Notes under the pieces: model-generated
Database searches by the model: none
What the model was told of the DNA's origin: nothing
The model's input: the letters and a program-made list of their open reading frames with translations, nothing else
NCBI RefSeq assembly: GCF_006345805.1
Contig: NW_021831710.1
Coordinates: 1-34,995, forward strand
Source of the DNA: Octopus sinensis
Lineage: Eukaryota
Length of the DNA: 34,995 nucleotides
Reading direction: 5' to 3'
In this document: positions 1-13,856 of the stretch, piece by piece
How the letters are laid out: each line of letters opens with the position of its first letter
How positions within the stretch are numbered: the first letter of the stretch is position 1
Made by a program: the position numbers and the translations under genes

Positions 1-322
1 TTTGCCCATCCTATCCAACAAGACCCTGAAGAAGTTTTCTTTAGGGGGTGTTGAACGAAACAAAAATATTTCCTCAAGTGAATTATTCAACCCCAAAGAA
101 TTTATTTGTGATACTCCCTCACTACTTTTGCTCGTGATTAGAGATGCACCTATGGTCAGACACTAAGTGACAGGCTCAGCAAATCTGCGGAATGGAGCAG
201 AATATTTGCTGTAGCCCACATTGCTACCATTTACACCGAGACAAAACGCATGGGTAGCATTTCCAATCAGTTAAAATTAGAAACATAAGAGTCTGGTGCC
301 TGGTACAGCATCAGAGTACATT
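1..322 (-). mobile_element. Copy 1 (5' part, runs off the window edge) of a ~550-bp non-coding repeat family associated with microsatellites
   Basis: Reverse complement (TGTACTCTGATGCTGTACCAGGCACC...GTGCATCTCTAATCACGAGCAAAAGTAGTG...) aligns by eye to the start of the copy at 23486-24037. It abuts a (GAA)n tract. Confidence 0.8.
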
Positions 323-491
323 CTTCTTCTTCTTCTTCTTCTTCTTCTTCTTCTTCTTCTTCTTCTTCTTCTTCTTTTCCTCTCTCCTCCCTTTCCCCCT
401 CCCCCTCCCCCCCCTCCTCCTTCTTCTTCTCTCCTCCTCCTCCTCCTTCTCCTCTCTCTTCCTCTTCTTCATCATCAGATCCATCATCATC

Positions 492-544
<53 letters not shown>

Positions 545-610
545 CCATCATCATCACCATCATCATCATCATCATCATAATCATCATCATTATCATTATT
601 ATTATTAACT
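321..610. repeat. Compound microsatellite (TTC)n/(CCT)n/(CAT)n/(TTA)n
   Basis: Direct reading; it explains the ORFs at 267-635, 296-580 and 311-493. Confidence 0.97.
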
Positions 611-1416
611 TTTTGGCTGACGGAAACCCCCACATTTGTGTGTCGCATTTCTTCCTTTTGTATTATTCTAAAAAAAAACTCCTTGTGCAGAAACTCCTAT
701 TTTCATTAATGTTATTTTTAGAATTGTTCACCTAGATCAATTTCTATGCATGATATTTGTTATCAATATGCAGTTATTATTTGCTGAAAAAGGTTTGCCT
801 GTTTATTTCTTTCTTCAATCCACACCCCTTCTAATAAAACCTCATTCTTTATCTATACAAACAAAGCAGAAATGTTTATAACCAAAGATTTAGTATTGTA
901 AATATCTTAGATGCGTCTGTAATTGTGAAAATTCGATTTCTTTAGTTATTTTGGTGTCGATTTATTTTCGTAGATTAATATGAGATGAAGTATCTTCTTA
1001 AATGGTCTTTGCATTGCGCGTTTGGCGTTATATATTTTCATAATTACGAACAGTATGTACTCAGTAAAGTTTTATGGGATGTTTGATATCACTGTGTGGC
1101 AACTGCATAGAATATCGAATTAGCATGATCCTATGTTTCAAATATGATATAAGTACCGCGTATCGATTACGTAGTAACACGTACGGAAGTATTGTCTGCG
1201 GAGTTTGTATTATTTGCTGGTGAGTGTTATAGATTACAGTGATGTGAGAGTTGGATCATACGGTTTGGAGATAATTCCTTGGAGTATGTGAGATCATGTA
1301 AGTACTGTAAGGTCAGTCATAATATTGGGTACTGAATATATTGAGCATATCAATGCATTACGCACATAGGAACAATAAAAGTATTAGATATACTACTAGC
1401 GACAGCACTCGCACCG

Positions 1417-1860
<444 letters not shown>

Positions 1861-2076
1861 GGCGAACTGGCAGAAACGTATAGCACGCGGACGAAATGAT
1901 AGCGGTATTTCTATGCCATTATGTTCTGAGTTCAAATTCGCGATGACTGACTTTCATCCTTCGGGGTCGATAAATCAAGTACCAGTACGCACTGGGGTCG
2001 ATGTAATCGATTAAATATATTGTCTGTCCTGTTGTCCCCTCTATGAAAGCCCCTTGTGGGTAGGTAATAAAGAAAT
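1861..2076 (+). mobile_element. tRNA-derived SINE, family A (GGCGAACTGGCAGAA head)
   Basis: A-box-like TGGCAGAAAC, B-box-like GAGTTCAAATTC and central block CTTTCATCCTTCGGGGTCGATAAATCAAGTACCAG. Homologous copies at 8390, 10051, 17431, 22089 and 31290. Confidence 0.8.
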
Positions 2077-2531
2077 ATATAACATATATATGTGTATGCT
2101 GTATGTATATATGTATATACGCATCCATGTGTGTATGTACGTATGTATATGCATGTATGGATAGATGGATCTATGCATGTCTATATACGCATATATAAGC
2201 ATACGCTTGAATGTAAGTCTATGTATGTGAGTGTACATTATGTGTGTATATATATGTATATGTATGCATGTAGGTATATGTATATATGTCTGTGTGTGTA
2301 TGTGTGTGTGTAATAAGCAGGTGAAGGGAAGGGTGCACACTGCTATTGCCGAAGAATTTACTGATATAATTTATGATCTTACCTAAAAAAAATGAAGAAC
2401 TTACATATTTAGAGGTGGTGGTGGTATGTGTGTGTGGGGGGTATCTTCTGAAGAATCGATAACTTTCCATTCTATTGATTTAAAACCATAGTAATATACG
2501 AGCACGCAGACACACACATGCATATGAACAA

Positions 2532-2563
<32 letters not shown>

Positions 2564-2598
2564 GCGTGTATGTGTACGTGTGCGTGTGTATACAGAGA

Positions 2599-2615
2599 GA
2601 TAGATAGATAGATAT

Positions 2616-2663
<48 letters not shown>

Positions 2664-2739
2664 ACAGATAGATACACGCACACACACTCACGCACACACA
2701 CACACACACATATATATTATATGTATATATATTTGATAC

Positions 2740-2782
<43 letters not shown>

Positions 2783-2790
2783 GTATATAT
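2599..2790. repeat. (GATA)n, (CA)n and (TA)n microsatellites
   Basis: Direct reading. Confidence 0.95.
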
Positions 2791-2985
2791 TTGTGTGTTT
2801 AATTCTACATATGTATGTTTGAGTATTTTGATGTATGATATTAAAACTGTTATTCGCCATTTGACGTTAATCAATATTCTCGTATTTTATAACCTCATTT
2901 TTAACTCTCGCTCTCCCCTTGTTACTCACTCATTCTGCATGTATGCATGCCTGAGTGCTTTCGTGGGTGAGTTGTATTTGTTTTG

Positions 2986-3279
2986 TATGTGTGTGTGTGT
3001 AATGTGTGTGTGCGATGTGTGTGTGTGCGTAATAAAAGGGATAAGTAGCCGAAATGTCTTAACATTTTTTCCCGCAAGCTAGCAAGTATACACAAATACG
3101 CACTAACTTCAGCATTTCAACTGCTTGGGATACGTGGAACTCTGTATATGGATGCATCTTCAGAATCGGGATAGATGTCCGTTTATTGTTGTATTTAAGT
3201 CTAGTGTGTAGTGTATTATATACGCACTTGAAGGTCTCTGCTTCACTCTTCACTCTCTCCCTCTGTGTATATATTATTA

Positions 3280-3340
<61 letters not shown>

Positions 3341-4212
3341 GTATATATGTATGTATATATTATGTATGTAGGTATATATAGGCGTATATATATATATATA
3401 TAAGGGTATGTGCTCATGTACCCATCTGTCGACTTCTCTACGTTTCTCTTCTACTGTCGCTCTTTATGATTATATATAATATATATATCTATATATATAT
3501 ATATATATTATATATATATATGTATGTTATATATATATATATATATATATAGATATATTATGTACGTATATGTATGTGGTGTGTATGTGCACGCACATGT
3601 TTGTGTGTGTGTGCGTGTGTTATGGGATAAACTGAAATACATCTACTTGTGTGTCAGTGTATAAGTTTACGATGGAGGTGGAGAGGTTAAATTTGCGAAA
3701 ATGTGAAGACCGACAAGAAATATCTGATACCAAAATTGAGCAACAAATCAACTACGCCATAAATGTCGTTTAAATTTATAATTACTTTTCTGTATCATAT
3801 ATAAACACACACACACAAACACACACAGACTCATAATTTGTTCATATATATATTTATATATGTATGTATGGGTGAGTGCATATTTATGCTTTTTATATGT
3901 GTGCATGTGTGTATGCATATATATGGAAGTAGGTAGATGATTGTGAGAATGAGTGTAATAATTTGTATATTTCTCTATAATTACCACAGCCATAAAAAAT
4001 CTATATAAAATCCTATATAACTGCACGTACACATGTATATATGTACATACATAATTACGTGCACGTTTTTTCGCTTTTTCTTCTTTCTCTATTTCTGTTC
4101 CATCTCAAGCAGGCTCGATACGTTAAAGGCTTTTCCATTTTCCCCAGCCTCAAAATACTACACTGGTTGTTTACCCTCCGCCTGTCTTACTCTTTTGTTT
4201 TTCTCTAAATTG

Positions 4213-4262
<50 letters not shown>

Positions 4263-4555
4263 ATATATAATATATATATATGTGTGTGTGTGTAAGTGTG
4301 TGTGTGCGATCGTGTGTGTGTGCGTAATAAAAGGATAAGTAGCCGAATGTCTTAACATTTTTTCCCGCAAGCTAGCAAGTATACCCAAATACGCACTAAC
4401 TTCAGCATTTCAACTGCTTGGGATACGTGGAACTCTGTATATGGATATCTTCAGAACGGGATAGATCCGTTTATTGTTGTATTTAAGTCTAGTGTGTAGT
4501 GTATTATATACGCACTTGAAGGTCTCTGCTTCACTCTTCACTCTCTCCCTCTGTG

Positions 4556-4587
<32 letters not shown>

Positions 4588-4768
4588 ATATATATCTATA
4601 TAGATATATATATATATGTATGTATGTATGTATATATGTATGTATATATATATGTATGTATGTATATAAGGCGTATATTATATATATATATAAGGGTATG
4701 TGCTCATTACCCATCTGTCGACTTCTCTACGTTTCTCTTCTACTGTCGCTCTTTATGGATAATATATA

Positions 4769-4839
<71 letters not shown>

Positions 4840-5470
4840 GTGGTATGTGTATGTCACGCACATGTTTGTGTGTGTTGTGCTGTGTTATGGGATAAACTGA
4901 AATACATCTACTTGTGTGTCATTGTATAAGTTTACGATGGAGGTGGAGAGGTTAAATTTGCGAAAATGTGAAGACGACAAGAATATCTGATACCAAAATT
5001 GAGCAACAAATCAACTACGCCATAATTGTCGTTTAAATTTATAATACTTTCTGTATCATATATAACACACACACACAAACACACACAGACTCATAATTTG
5101 TTCATATATATATTTATATATGTATGTATGGGTGAGTGCATATTTATGCTTTTTATATGTGTGCATGTGTGTATGCATATATATAGAAGTAGGTAGATGA
5201 TTGTGAGAATGAGTGTAATAATAATTGTTATTTCTCTATAATTACCACAGCCATAAAAAATCTATATAAAATCTATATAACTGCACGTACACATGTATAT
5301 ATGTAATACATAAATACGAGCACGTTTTTTCGCTTTTTCTTCTTTCTCTATTTCTGTTCCATCTCAAGCAGGCTCGATACGTAAAGCTTTCCATTTTCCC
5401 CAGCCTCAAAAGACTACACTTGGTTGTTTACCCTCCGCCTGTCTTACTCTTTTGTTTTTCTCTAAATTTG

Positions 5471-5553
<83 letters not shown>

Positions 5554-5560
5554 ATAGTGT
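2986..5560. repeat. Tandem duplication of a ~1.29-kb segment (copy 1 ~2986-4278, copy 2 ~4279-5560)
   Basis: Unique anchors recur at ~1.29-kb spacing: TGCGTAATAAAAG(G)GATAAGTAGCC at ~3026/4321, GGAGGTGGAGAGGTTAAATTTGCG at ~3674/4939, CATCTCAAGCAGGCTCGATACG at ~4101/5360. Confidence 0.95.
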
Positions 5561-5729
5561 GTGTGTGTATGTATTTTTATATATACACACACATAATGCA
5601 TATGTATATAAACCTACTTATATAAATAACAAGGAGCGTATATGTGTGTAAGCATGTATATACTAATTCCCTCTTGTGAACATCTTATACTGAACTTTAC
5701 TATTGCTCTCTACTTAACTTTCTGATATC

Positions 5730-5777
5730 GTCTCTGATGAAGGGATGTCCCTAATATCCCAGAAACAGCTGTAAGAC
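5730..5777 (+). ncRNA. Solo minimal type I hammerhead ribozyme, Penelope-like-element type
   Basis: GTCT-CTGATGA-A-GGGAT(gtccctaat)ATCCC-A-GAAA-CAGCTG-TA|AGAC. Helix I GTCT/AGAC, helix II GGGAT/ATCCC with an A.A mismatch at its base, palindromic helix III ACAGCTGT, GUA cleavage triplet. Confidence 0.75.
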
Positions 5778-7140
5778 TACCTTTCTCTTTATAAATGTCC
5801 TATAAGTTCCTCGCAGCTTTGGCTTTGTTGTCTCATTTTATTTAACACACACACTCATATATATAGTTACATGGACACAGCTATACATGTGTATATATGT
5901 GCGTATTTGTGTGTATGAGTATGTATATAGTTAATTTCTCTGTGGTAATTTCTCTGTGTTTGCATTTTGAGGTATTAATATTTGGAATTACCTTCTGAGC
6001 AACAGTATTTTGCTCCTTGCATTATCTCTAACTTGATTCTCTGCATTAAATATCTGATCTCAAACCCCTTCTGTATCTCATTGATCTTCATGTAATCCCT
6101 GTCAGAAGGGTACAGTAATGAAAGTTTTGGTATGAAAAATGGGCATGGTCTTGTGTCTTTCAAATATTTTGGGTGGATTTGTGGGGAATAAGAGAGGTAG
6201 ATTCACGTAGAGTTAAACGGCAATATCAAATAACGGCTAAGCAAATCGTCTGGCTAAAAGTAGGAGAATACAGGTCTGTAGTATGTCACTACGATGCACA
6301 ATCCACTCCATTCCATTTTTAAATGTAAATAGGGGTATGAAAATATGAGGAATAGATATTCCAATATAATCAGCTGTAAATTTTACAGAATATTTCACAT
6401 GAATTCTCTTACATGCAATGGCGTTAGAAGCATAGTGCTACCGAAACAATTGTAACTAGTAATAAAGATGTTCTAAATTCATTTTCAGTCTTCATGATTA
6501 GATTACATTCAGCGCCATGTAACTTGAATTTTCGCGGGCCTCAAACAGAAAACCCGTCTTCTTCGGGCTTAGATTACCGAATGAAAGACACAAAATCCAA
6601 GGTGTCTGCCGGAAAATAAGATGCCATTGATCAAGACGGTGTTGTCAGCGTAAGGTCAGTTGCTCAGCAACGGCAGTTCCTTTATTTGAGGTCAATTTCT
6701 TTGACCGCGTAGCTAGATAGGAGGTGGCTTTTAAATGTATGGGTGCGGCAGAAACCAGGTTAAGGTCGATTGTTTATATACATATTATTATGTGTGAATA
6801 TATATGTATATATATATATATATATGTGTGTGTGAATGTCATGCGTGTGTATAAAGGATGCATACATACGCACACACGTGTGTGTGTGTGTGTGTGACTG
6901 TGTGTTTGTTTTTTAACGAAAAGATATATATAAACATAATTTAACGTTAAATAGAAAGATTGCTAAATAATTTTAAGGCGGTATATTTTCAACTTTTGCA
7001 AGGAAAGGTGTGAGGAAAAGAGACTTAGAACTTTCGACTTGAAAGCGAGCAGACATTTTCAGCCTGACAGCGAGCAGACATTTTCCCATCTAAAATTTAA
7101 AATATACATACGCATAAATTTATATATATACACACACAAC

Positions 7141-7147
<7 letters not shown>

Positions 7148-7175
<28 letters not shown>

Positions 7176-7225
7176 TGTATGTATGTATGTATGTATGTAT
7201 GTATGTATGTATGTATGTATGTATG
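7148..7225. repeat. (TATG)n microsatellite
   Basis: Direct reading. Confidence 0.97.
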
Positions 7226-7749
7226 CGGTCGTGTGTGTATGCGCGAGTGTGCAAGTATGGGTATTATGAACACATGTATGTATGTAGGCACATAGTGTTG
7301 GCAGGTAGGTTGATATTCATATTTGTTTCCGTCTGTGTGTATGCGTCCGTGTATATATTACCGTCAAAGAAGTTAACAGATGAGTGCCGTAGTCTTTAGG
7401 TTATAGATGGAAACAGAAATAAAATTTTTATCGATTCCTGGTGTTGACAAAGCCATCATAAATTTTCAGATAAAATCTTTTGAATTTACGAGTCACACAC
7501 GCACAACTTCGCAAATGATCATAAAACGTAGTGGTGTATTTGTGAGATATATGAAGCATAGCAGAAGTGCAACGTAACTCAAGCTCAGCGGAACCGAAGT
7601 GCAGTTAACTGAAATGAATTGCTTACGACCGGAAATCCATTTTAATCCTTGGGTTTAACACGCCACTTTTCTAATCACACTTGATGTAAAACTCATACCG
7701 TTTGCTTAATACATCTCTTTTATGTCGGGCTAGTGGCAGAAAATTGAAC

Positions 7750-7767
7750 ATTATTATTATTATCATA

Positions 7768-7826
<59 letters not shown>

Positions 7827-7861
7827 CATTATTATTATTATTATCATCATCATCATTATTA

Positions 7862-7907
<46 letters not shown>
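7750..7907. repeat. (TTA)n/(TCA)n microsatellite, equivalent to the (TAA)n tail of the adjacent minus-strand element
   Basis: Direct reading. Confidence 0.95.
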
Positions 7908-8322
7908 GAGCAAGAGAGCAGCGTATGATATCAAAGGGACATTGGGGTACAAATATACGAACTCCAATATACCCATCATGTCTACCCGTCTGATAGGAGT
8001 ACACTGGACGCATGCATCACGAGCATATGTGCGTAACATGGTGATCTCATATCAAGATAAACAGCGCATGACGTTTACATGTGGGGCCCACTTAGAATTT
8101 TTTTCAGAACGTGTAGCCCGTCCCGCTGAAGAAGCCTCTGAATAAGGTTTGTTTAAGCATAATAAACAAAACATCCTTGTTTCCAGAGGGGATAAATTCA
8201 GACACCAAATAATTCTTCTCAACACATGTCTATGATGCTCCCCCAATACTTCTGCTCGTGATCAGAGATGCACGTATCGTCAGTCATCTCGGGACATGCT
8301 CAACTGGTTAGGGTCAAGCAAA
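7908..8322 (-). mobile_element. Copy 2 (5'-truncated) of the ~550-bp microsatellite-associated repeat
   Basis: Reverse complement matches ~23630-24037 (AACCAGTTGAGCATGTCCC, TATCTTGATATGAGATCACCATG, ATCAGACGGGTAG, CATGATGGGTATATTGG). Its 3' end runs into (TAA)n. Confidence 0.85.
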
Positions 8323-8389
8323 GTGTCCAATGGACAAACCTTGCTGTATTGTCGTGGCGTTTCATATAGCTTCTGGGCTAGTGGCGTAT

Positions 8390-8453
8390 AATGCCATTCA
8401 TCCTTTCGAGGTCGATAAATTAAATACCTGTTGCGTACTGGTGTCAATCTAAT
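8390..8453 (+). mobile_element. Fragment of the family A SINE central block
   Basis: CATTCATCCTTTCGAGGTCGATAAATTAAATACCTGTTGCGTACTGGTGTCAATCTAAT matches 1950-2010. Confidence 0.7.
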
Positions 8454-9625
8454 ATGCGTATGTATGTATGTAGTATGTATGTATATATGCACATAGGTAT
8501 AAACATACATATTCTGTATCATGCTGATTTCTGCCTTCGAATTCTGTTATGACATTACGTCTTCCTGATATACGCTAGAAATTACGCGCTACTTCAACGA
8601 GGAAATTGAATGGACAATTAAATGCTCATCGTCGCAAACGTAGGATGACCCATCTTCTTATACCTTCATATGTTTTCTCCATACAACTTTATTGTATGCT
8701 TACATCTTTAAAAAAATGTTGCATCTTTAGATCTTTCTGCGATGAACGGAGCTTTCGTTATATCTTTCTATTAAACAATGCGTTGAAAGTAATTTGGTTA
8801 TAAATAGAAGCCAGGGAATTTATAAGCCGGATCTAACGTAGTTGTCATAGAAACTAAAAACCAAATTGATTTGGATATGAAGTCAGTAAAGCTTGTGCAA
8901 ATTTCGTGTATGGTTGGTTAGTAGTAATAGAAATGACCAGAAGGGATTTAGTACTACCAAAGCAAATCTACTTTATGTCTTGTCTTCTGAAGTTCGATAA
9001 ACATGATCAATAGCTGTTTAGGATTACCAAGATTTTGATGATTTCTCCTTCATCTCAAGAATTTGTCGCAAAAGAATGAAGACAAACACAAGATAATTTG
9101 GCGCAATCGTATTTCGAGTTAGTATTTTTTCTTATTTTGTATTTATCTTTATACATTTCTGACATTACATTTAAGATTATCAAATATATTTTAGCTTATA
9201 TCCTCGACAACATTATCAAATAAGACTGGACTATAGTTTTTCCTGAACTGTCTGAAGTAATTTTTGTTTTTGATATTGATAAGGAATTGTTTATGTCTCT
9301 TTTATTCGTTTTGCGATATCCTTAATAATCAGACGTCGTACAAGAGGCTGCCTGTAATAATGGAAATATTGTTCGCATCAGAATATATATTGAGAGACAA
9401 AGTTATATCAAGTACCACAAAACACCACTTCTTCATGTCTCATGATTACCAAATAGCAATTAATATCAGCTCCATGTGAGGAGAGGAGGTCAAACTTAAG
9501 ATGTGAGACTTCTTCAAAATGTGATTTTGCCCCAAAAGGCGTCTTTAGCACGAAAACCATCCAACCAATTTCCAGTAGCAAAGGAGAAAAAAACGTAGAA
9601 CACAGGTCTGGGTAATTTCCATATG

Positions 9626-9944
9626 TGGCACTCCGTCAGTTACGACGACGAGTGTTCCAGTTGATCTGATCAACGGAACAGCCTGCTCATGTAAATTAAC
9701 ATGCTCATGGCTGAGTACTCCACAGATACATGTTCCTTTAGCGTAGTTCTGAGAGAAATTCAGCGTGACAAAGAGTGTAACAAGGCTGGTCCTTTGAATT
9801 ACTATTACTATGCATGTTTGCCAGCTGAGTAGACTGGAGCCACGTGAAAAAAAGTGACTTGCTCAAGAGAACAACGCGTCGCGGGAACTTGAACTCATGG
9901 TCTTGTAATCATGAACTGAATGCCCTAACCATTAAGCCACGCGC
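9626..9944 (-). mobile_element. tRNA-derived SINE, family B (GCGCGTGGCTTAATGGTTAGGG head)
   Basis: Minus strand has A-box-like TGGCTTAATGG and B-box-like GAGTTCAAGTTCC, then TTGAGCAAGTCACTT, ending ...CGTCGTCGTAACTGACGGAGTGCCA. Confidence 0.8.
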
Positions 9945-10050
9945 ATTTAGCGGTAATTTTAATGATTTAAACAAAAAAATACCAATTTCTCTTAGTCATA
10001 GCTGTAATATTACGTTGCATCTATGAAAGCAAAATAAACTGATAAATAAT

Positions 10051-10227
10051 ATTGGTTTCAAGTGGATTACGTCGATTACTTGGCCGGTACATTATTTATC
10101 GATGCAGGAAAGATGAAAGGCAAAGTCGACCTCAGTCGAATTTGAACTCAGAACGTAAAGAGCCTTAAGAAATGTTGCTAAGCATTTCCCGACGTGCTAA
10201 CTGTCCGGCCAGTTCACCGACCGCCTT
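10051..10227 (-). mobile_element. tRNA-derived SINE, family A
   Basis: Minus strand reads AAGGCGG...GAACTGGCCGGACAGTTAGCACG...GTTCTGAGTTCAAATTCGACTGAGGTCGACTTTGCCTTTCATC; homologous to 1861-2076. Confidence 0.8.
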
Positions 10228-10322
10228 ATGTGTACATGATATGTGTGTGTGTGTGTGTATGTGTGTGTGTGTATGTGCGTGCGTGCATGTGTATAAATAT
10301 ATACATTCTTTTATTCGTTTAT

Positions 10323-10709
10323 TCTTATACTTGTTTCAGTCATTTAACTACGGTCATGCTGGAGCACCGCCTTTTGTTTTCCGTGTAAGCCTAGTACTTA
10401 TTCGATCGGTCATCTTTTGCCGAATCGCTAAGTTACGGGGACGTAAATACACCAGCATCGGCTGTCAAGCGATGTTGGGGGAACAAACACACACACAAAC
10501 ATATACACACACATACATACAGACACACACACACACATATACATACACACACACATATATATATATATATATATGACGGGCTCCTTTCAGTTTCCGTCTA
10601 TCAAATGCACTCATAAGGTGTAGGTCGGGCCGAGGCTATAGAAGAAAACACTTGCCCAATGCATCACGCGGTGGTTGGTAAGTAAGCTTCTTACCACACA
10701 GCCACCCTG
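10323..10709 (-). mobile_element. tRNA-derived SINE, family C (GTGGCTGTGTGGTAAG head, internal CA/TA microsatellite)
   Basis: Homologous to 18416-18876 and 32050-32378. Shared blocks: GGCGGTGCTCCAGCATG, GATGCTGGTGTATTTACGTCCCCGTAACTTAGC, GACGGAAACTGAAAG. Confidence 0.85.
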
Positions 10710-12935
10710 TATCTGTCGAAATGAAAAATGTAAATGTTCTGTAATGGTCACTCGATACAGTTTCTAAATAACAGCTTTACTGGATAACTATAGTGCTCTC
10801 ATCAATATATAGCACTGACCGTATATGATCACCACAGCTCTGCTCTTATCATTTCGCCATTGTATCTATGATTAGCCGTGTGTATCCTAGCATATGCGGT
10901 GTGTGTATTTTCGCATATTACAGGAATAAAAAGGCAAGGAACATTTAGAAATATAAGAACTCATCACATATAGATTTCTATTATGAAAGTAATATCCATA
11001 AAATATCAAAAGAGAGTAAAAAGAAACATAATAAAAAAAAAATTTTTTCAGAGGAAGCAAATTGGCCAGGAATCAAAATATTCTTTGAAGAAATGGGAAA
11101 ATTATGAATAGGTAATCACACGATTTATGTTCCTGAGACCAATAGACATAATGTTAACTGTCCGAAATATGTTGTTTGCTTATATGTGTGTAGATATGGA
11201 AGGATATATAATGTGAACATATATATATACGTGAGTACATGAATGTGTGCGTTTGTGAGTGTATGTTTGTGTGCGCGCAATGTCTAGGTTTCTTTTCTCT
11301 CTTTGATTATGCTTTAGATTCTTCTAACGAATCCATCATGTTCAATCAAACAGCCACGTTCTGAATTGTCTGTGGAAAGCTTGTTATCTTGGTTGATGAA
11401 GTCAAATCTGTATTTTGGTGTCTTCAATTCTACTTTATCTATCAGGTTATTAAAAATAAATGTGTTTTTCTTGTGTCTCATATATTTTTCATATTCACTT
11501 TCACTTGCTCATTCCGTTTGACAGTTAGCCAAGATGTTATGTTAGTCTTGGCATAATCTTCTCTTTATATATTACCTTCTTTTTCTGTCTATCATTATTC
11601 TTTCAATTATGAGTGAAATTCCTTTCAACTATATATACTTCCGCTTCTATCAACGCGTTTTACTTTGTCTTACATTGAGCTGAAATATATAACAACTTAC
11701 TACTATTGCGAAAGCAATCGATCTTGCTTCCTGCCCTCAACAAATGACATTTTTTATTCAATATTTTCCTCTTAATTTCTCCTCGCTGCTTAATACATAG
11801 TAATCATGAACTGGAAGAAAGTGGTCTTAATTTGATACAGAAAGTTGGCACGTACTGTAAGAGCAGCGTACTAAATTTCTTATATAACATTCTTTACGGT
11901 TTCTACATTTCACTGTTTCCTAAGGAAATTATGCCGCTTTTAATAATTCAAAGTGGATGACGAAACGCCTAGTAATATACCAGATTATTTCGAACTTATT
12001 CTTTAATTCACGATGGGATTATTTCTTATAATAGACATATCAAACTTTTATATTAATATTTTCTATTTATATTTTATTTCACTTCCTAGAGAGGTGTTAG
12101 AAATATCAAGTAATTATTCCTCAAACCTCGCCAGTTTGTGAACTCAAGAAAAGTGAAAATAACATTAAACAATGTCCAAGATGCCTCTTGAAAGTTGGGT
12201 TTCTCAATCGTTAGTGTTGCCCAAGTTATTTACAATTAAAACGAGATTGCAGAAACTGTAAATCTCCTGGATGATTGAATGCATAATGTTTGATGAAATA
12301 ACCAACTGAGATTAATGGAACTCCACCTGGTTTTTACAGAATGGCTTGAATACATGTGTGCAGAATAGAGTACCATTGATGCACCTCAGACTTCGAATTT
12401 TACTCCTGTATGCTACTCTAAAGTACCAGGAATTTACCCAGGGGTTTTACGCCAATATGTCGATCTAAAATACTAGCAATATAGCCAGGACGATGAATGT
12501 ACCATATGTTTATAAAGTACGTCTCAAGTCAGATCCCAAGAGAGTATCTTTGACACGGTGCAGTACCTTGTCAGAGATACTCCATTACCATTGCTACTAG
12601 AATAAGAGATCGATATGCACCTATACTGTTGAACATTTACTGGTCGAGCAGAGGTTCCAGCTGTGGCCATTCCATCGTTACGAATAATTTAAACCTAGAT
12701 CTCCTCGGAAAAGAAACATTCTAGCTGTGACATTTCCGCTGTTGATAGTTACATCTAAAAGTCAGCCATTTGAGAGACACTCAAGCCGCAACCACCCCAA
12801 TGATATATACCGTTCAGCCCCAGGTCAGCTAGCAGACAGACATTCCAAACACGACCAGCTGACTTCCAGGGGGAAACCAGCTACAGCACACACATGATCT
12901 CTCTCGCTCTCGCTCTCTCTCTCTCTCTTTCACAG

Positions 12936-12970
<35 letters not shown>

Positions 12971-13260
12971 ATATATATATCTATATACATATGTAACATT
13001 TGATCTCCTCTAAGTACAAGCTAGATTTAGGTTCCATTGTCTTATGGCGAAATCGCAAAACATACACGCCCACATACCCCTACATACTCACGCCCGCATA
13101 CCCCTACATAGACGCACCCTTACATTTAGTCATATTGGCAGCAGAGGTAATAAATATCGGAATACTCAGTCAACAAACATCGGACATACAGACCAAGGTA
13201 ATTCTCTCTTCTACACCGAATACGCCTGTGTCCTATCCCACCTTTCCGTCTCCTCCAACT

Positions 13261-13599
13261 TCATATTCTCCTCCTCATCCTCATTATCATCATCATCATC
13301 ACCATCGTCAACACCAGCAACAATATATCATTATCATCACCACCACCACCAATAGCTGTACTAGTGACAGCAATATCAGAGGCAGCAGCAGCAGCAGCAA
13401 CAGTAGTAGCGATAGTATGACCATTAATTGTAGTAGTGAAGTTGATGGTGGTGGTGGTGGTGGTGGTGGTGGTGGTGGTGGTGGTGGTAGTGGTGGTTAA
13501 GACGGTGGCGGATTTGGTGGTAGTAGTAGTAGTAGTAGTAGTAGCAGCAGCAGCAGTAGTAGCAGTAGTAGTATTAGTAGTAGAAGAAGAAGAAGAAGA

Positions 13600-13648
<49 letters not shown>

Positions 13649-13650
13649 CA
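13261..13650. repeat. Compound trinucleotide microsatellites (CAT)/(GCA)/(GGT)/(TAG)/(GAA)
   Basis: Direct reading. Confidence 0.95.
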
Positions 13651-13802
13651 ACGGCACATAATGATACGTTTTTATCTTTAGAATCAAATTCTTCCTTGAG
13701 CGAATGATTCACAACGTCTGCTTTCTGACCATTCTTTAGCTTACATAAACAACAAACACGCACGCTTTCACACACACACACACACACAAACGCACACACT
13801 CT

Positions 13803-13856
<54 letters not shown>

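Noticed and set aside
3100-3175. Minus-strand CTGAAGA...GAAA (also duplicated at ~4400-4460)
   Set aside because: Helices I and II do not close around the core motifs, so it is not a hammerhead.
7044-7085. 17-bp direct repeat AGCGAGCAGACATTTTC (two copies)
   Set aside because: Only two copies with no associated element; most likely a local slippage duplication.
11052-11111. 60-nt segment with TTTTTTCAG acceptor and AG|GTAATC donor
   Set aside because: All three frames contain stops and there is no supporting homology or neighbouring exon.
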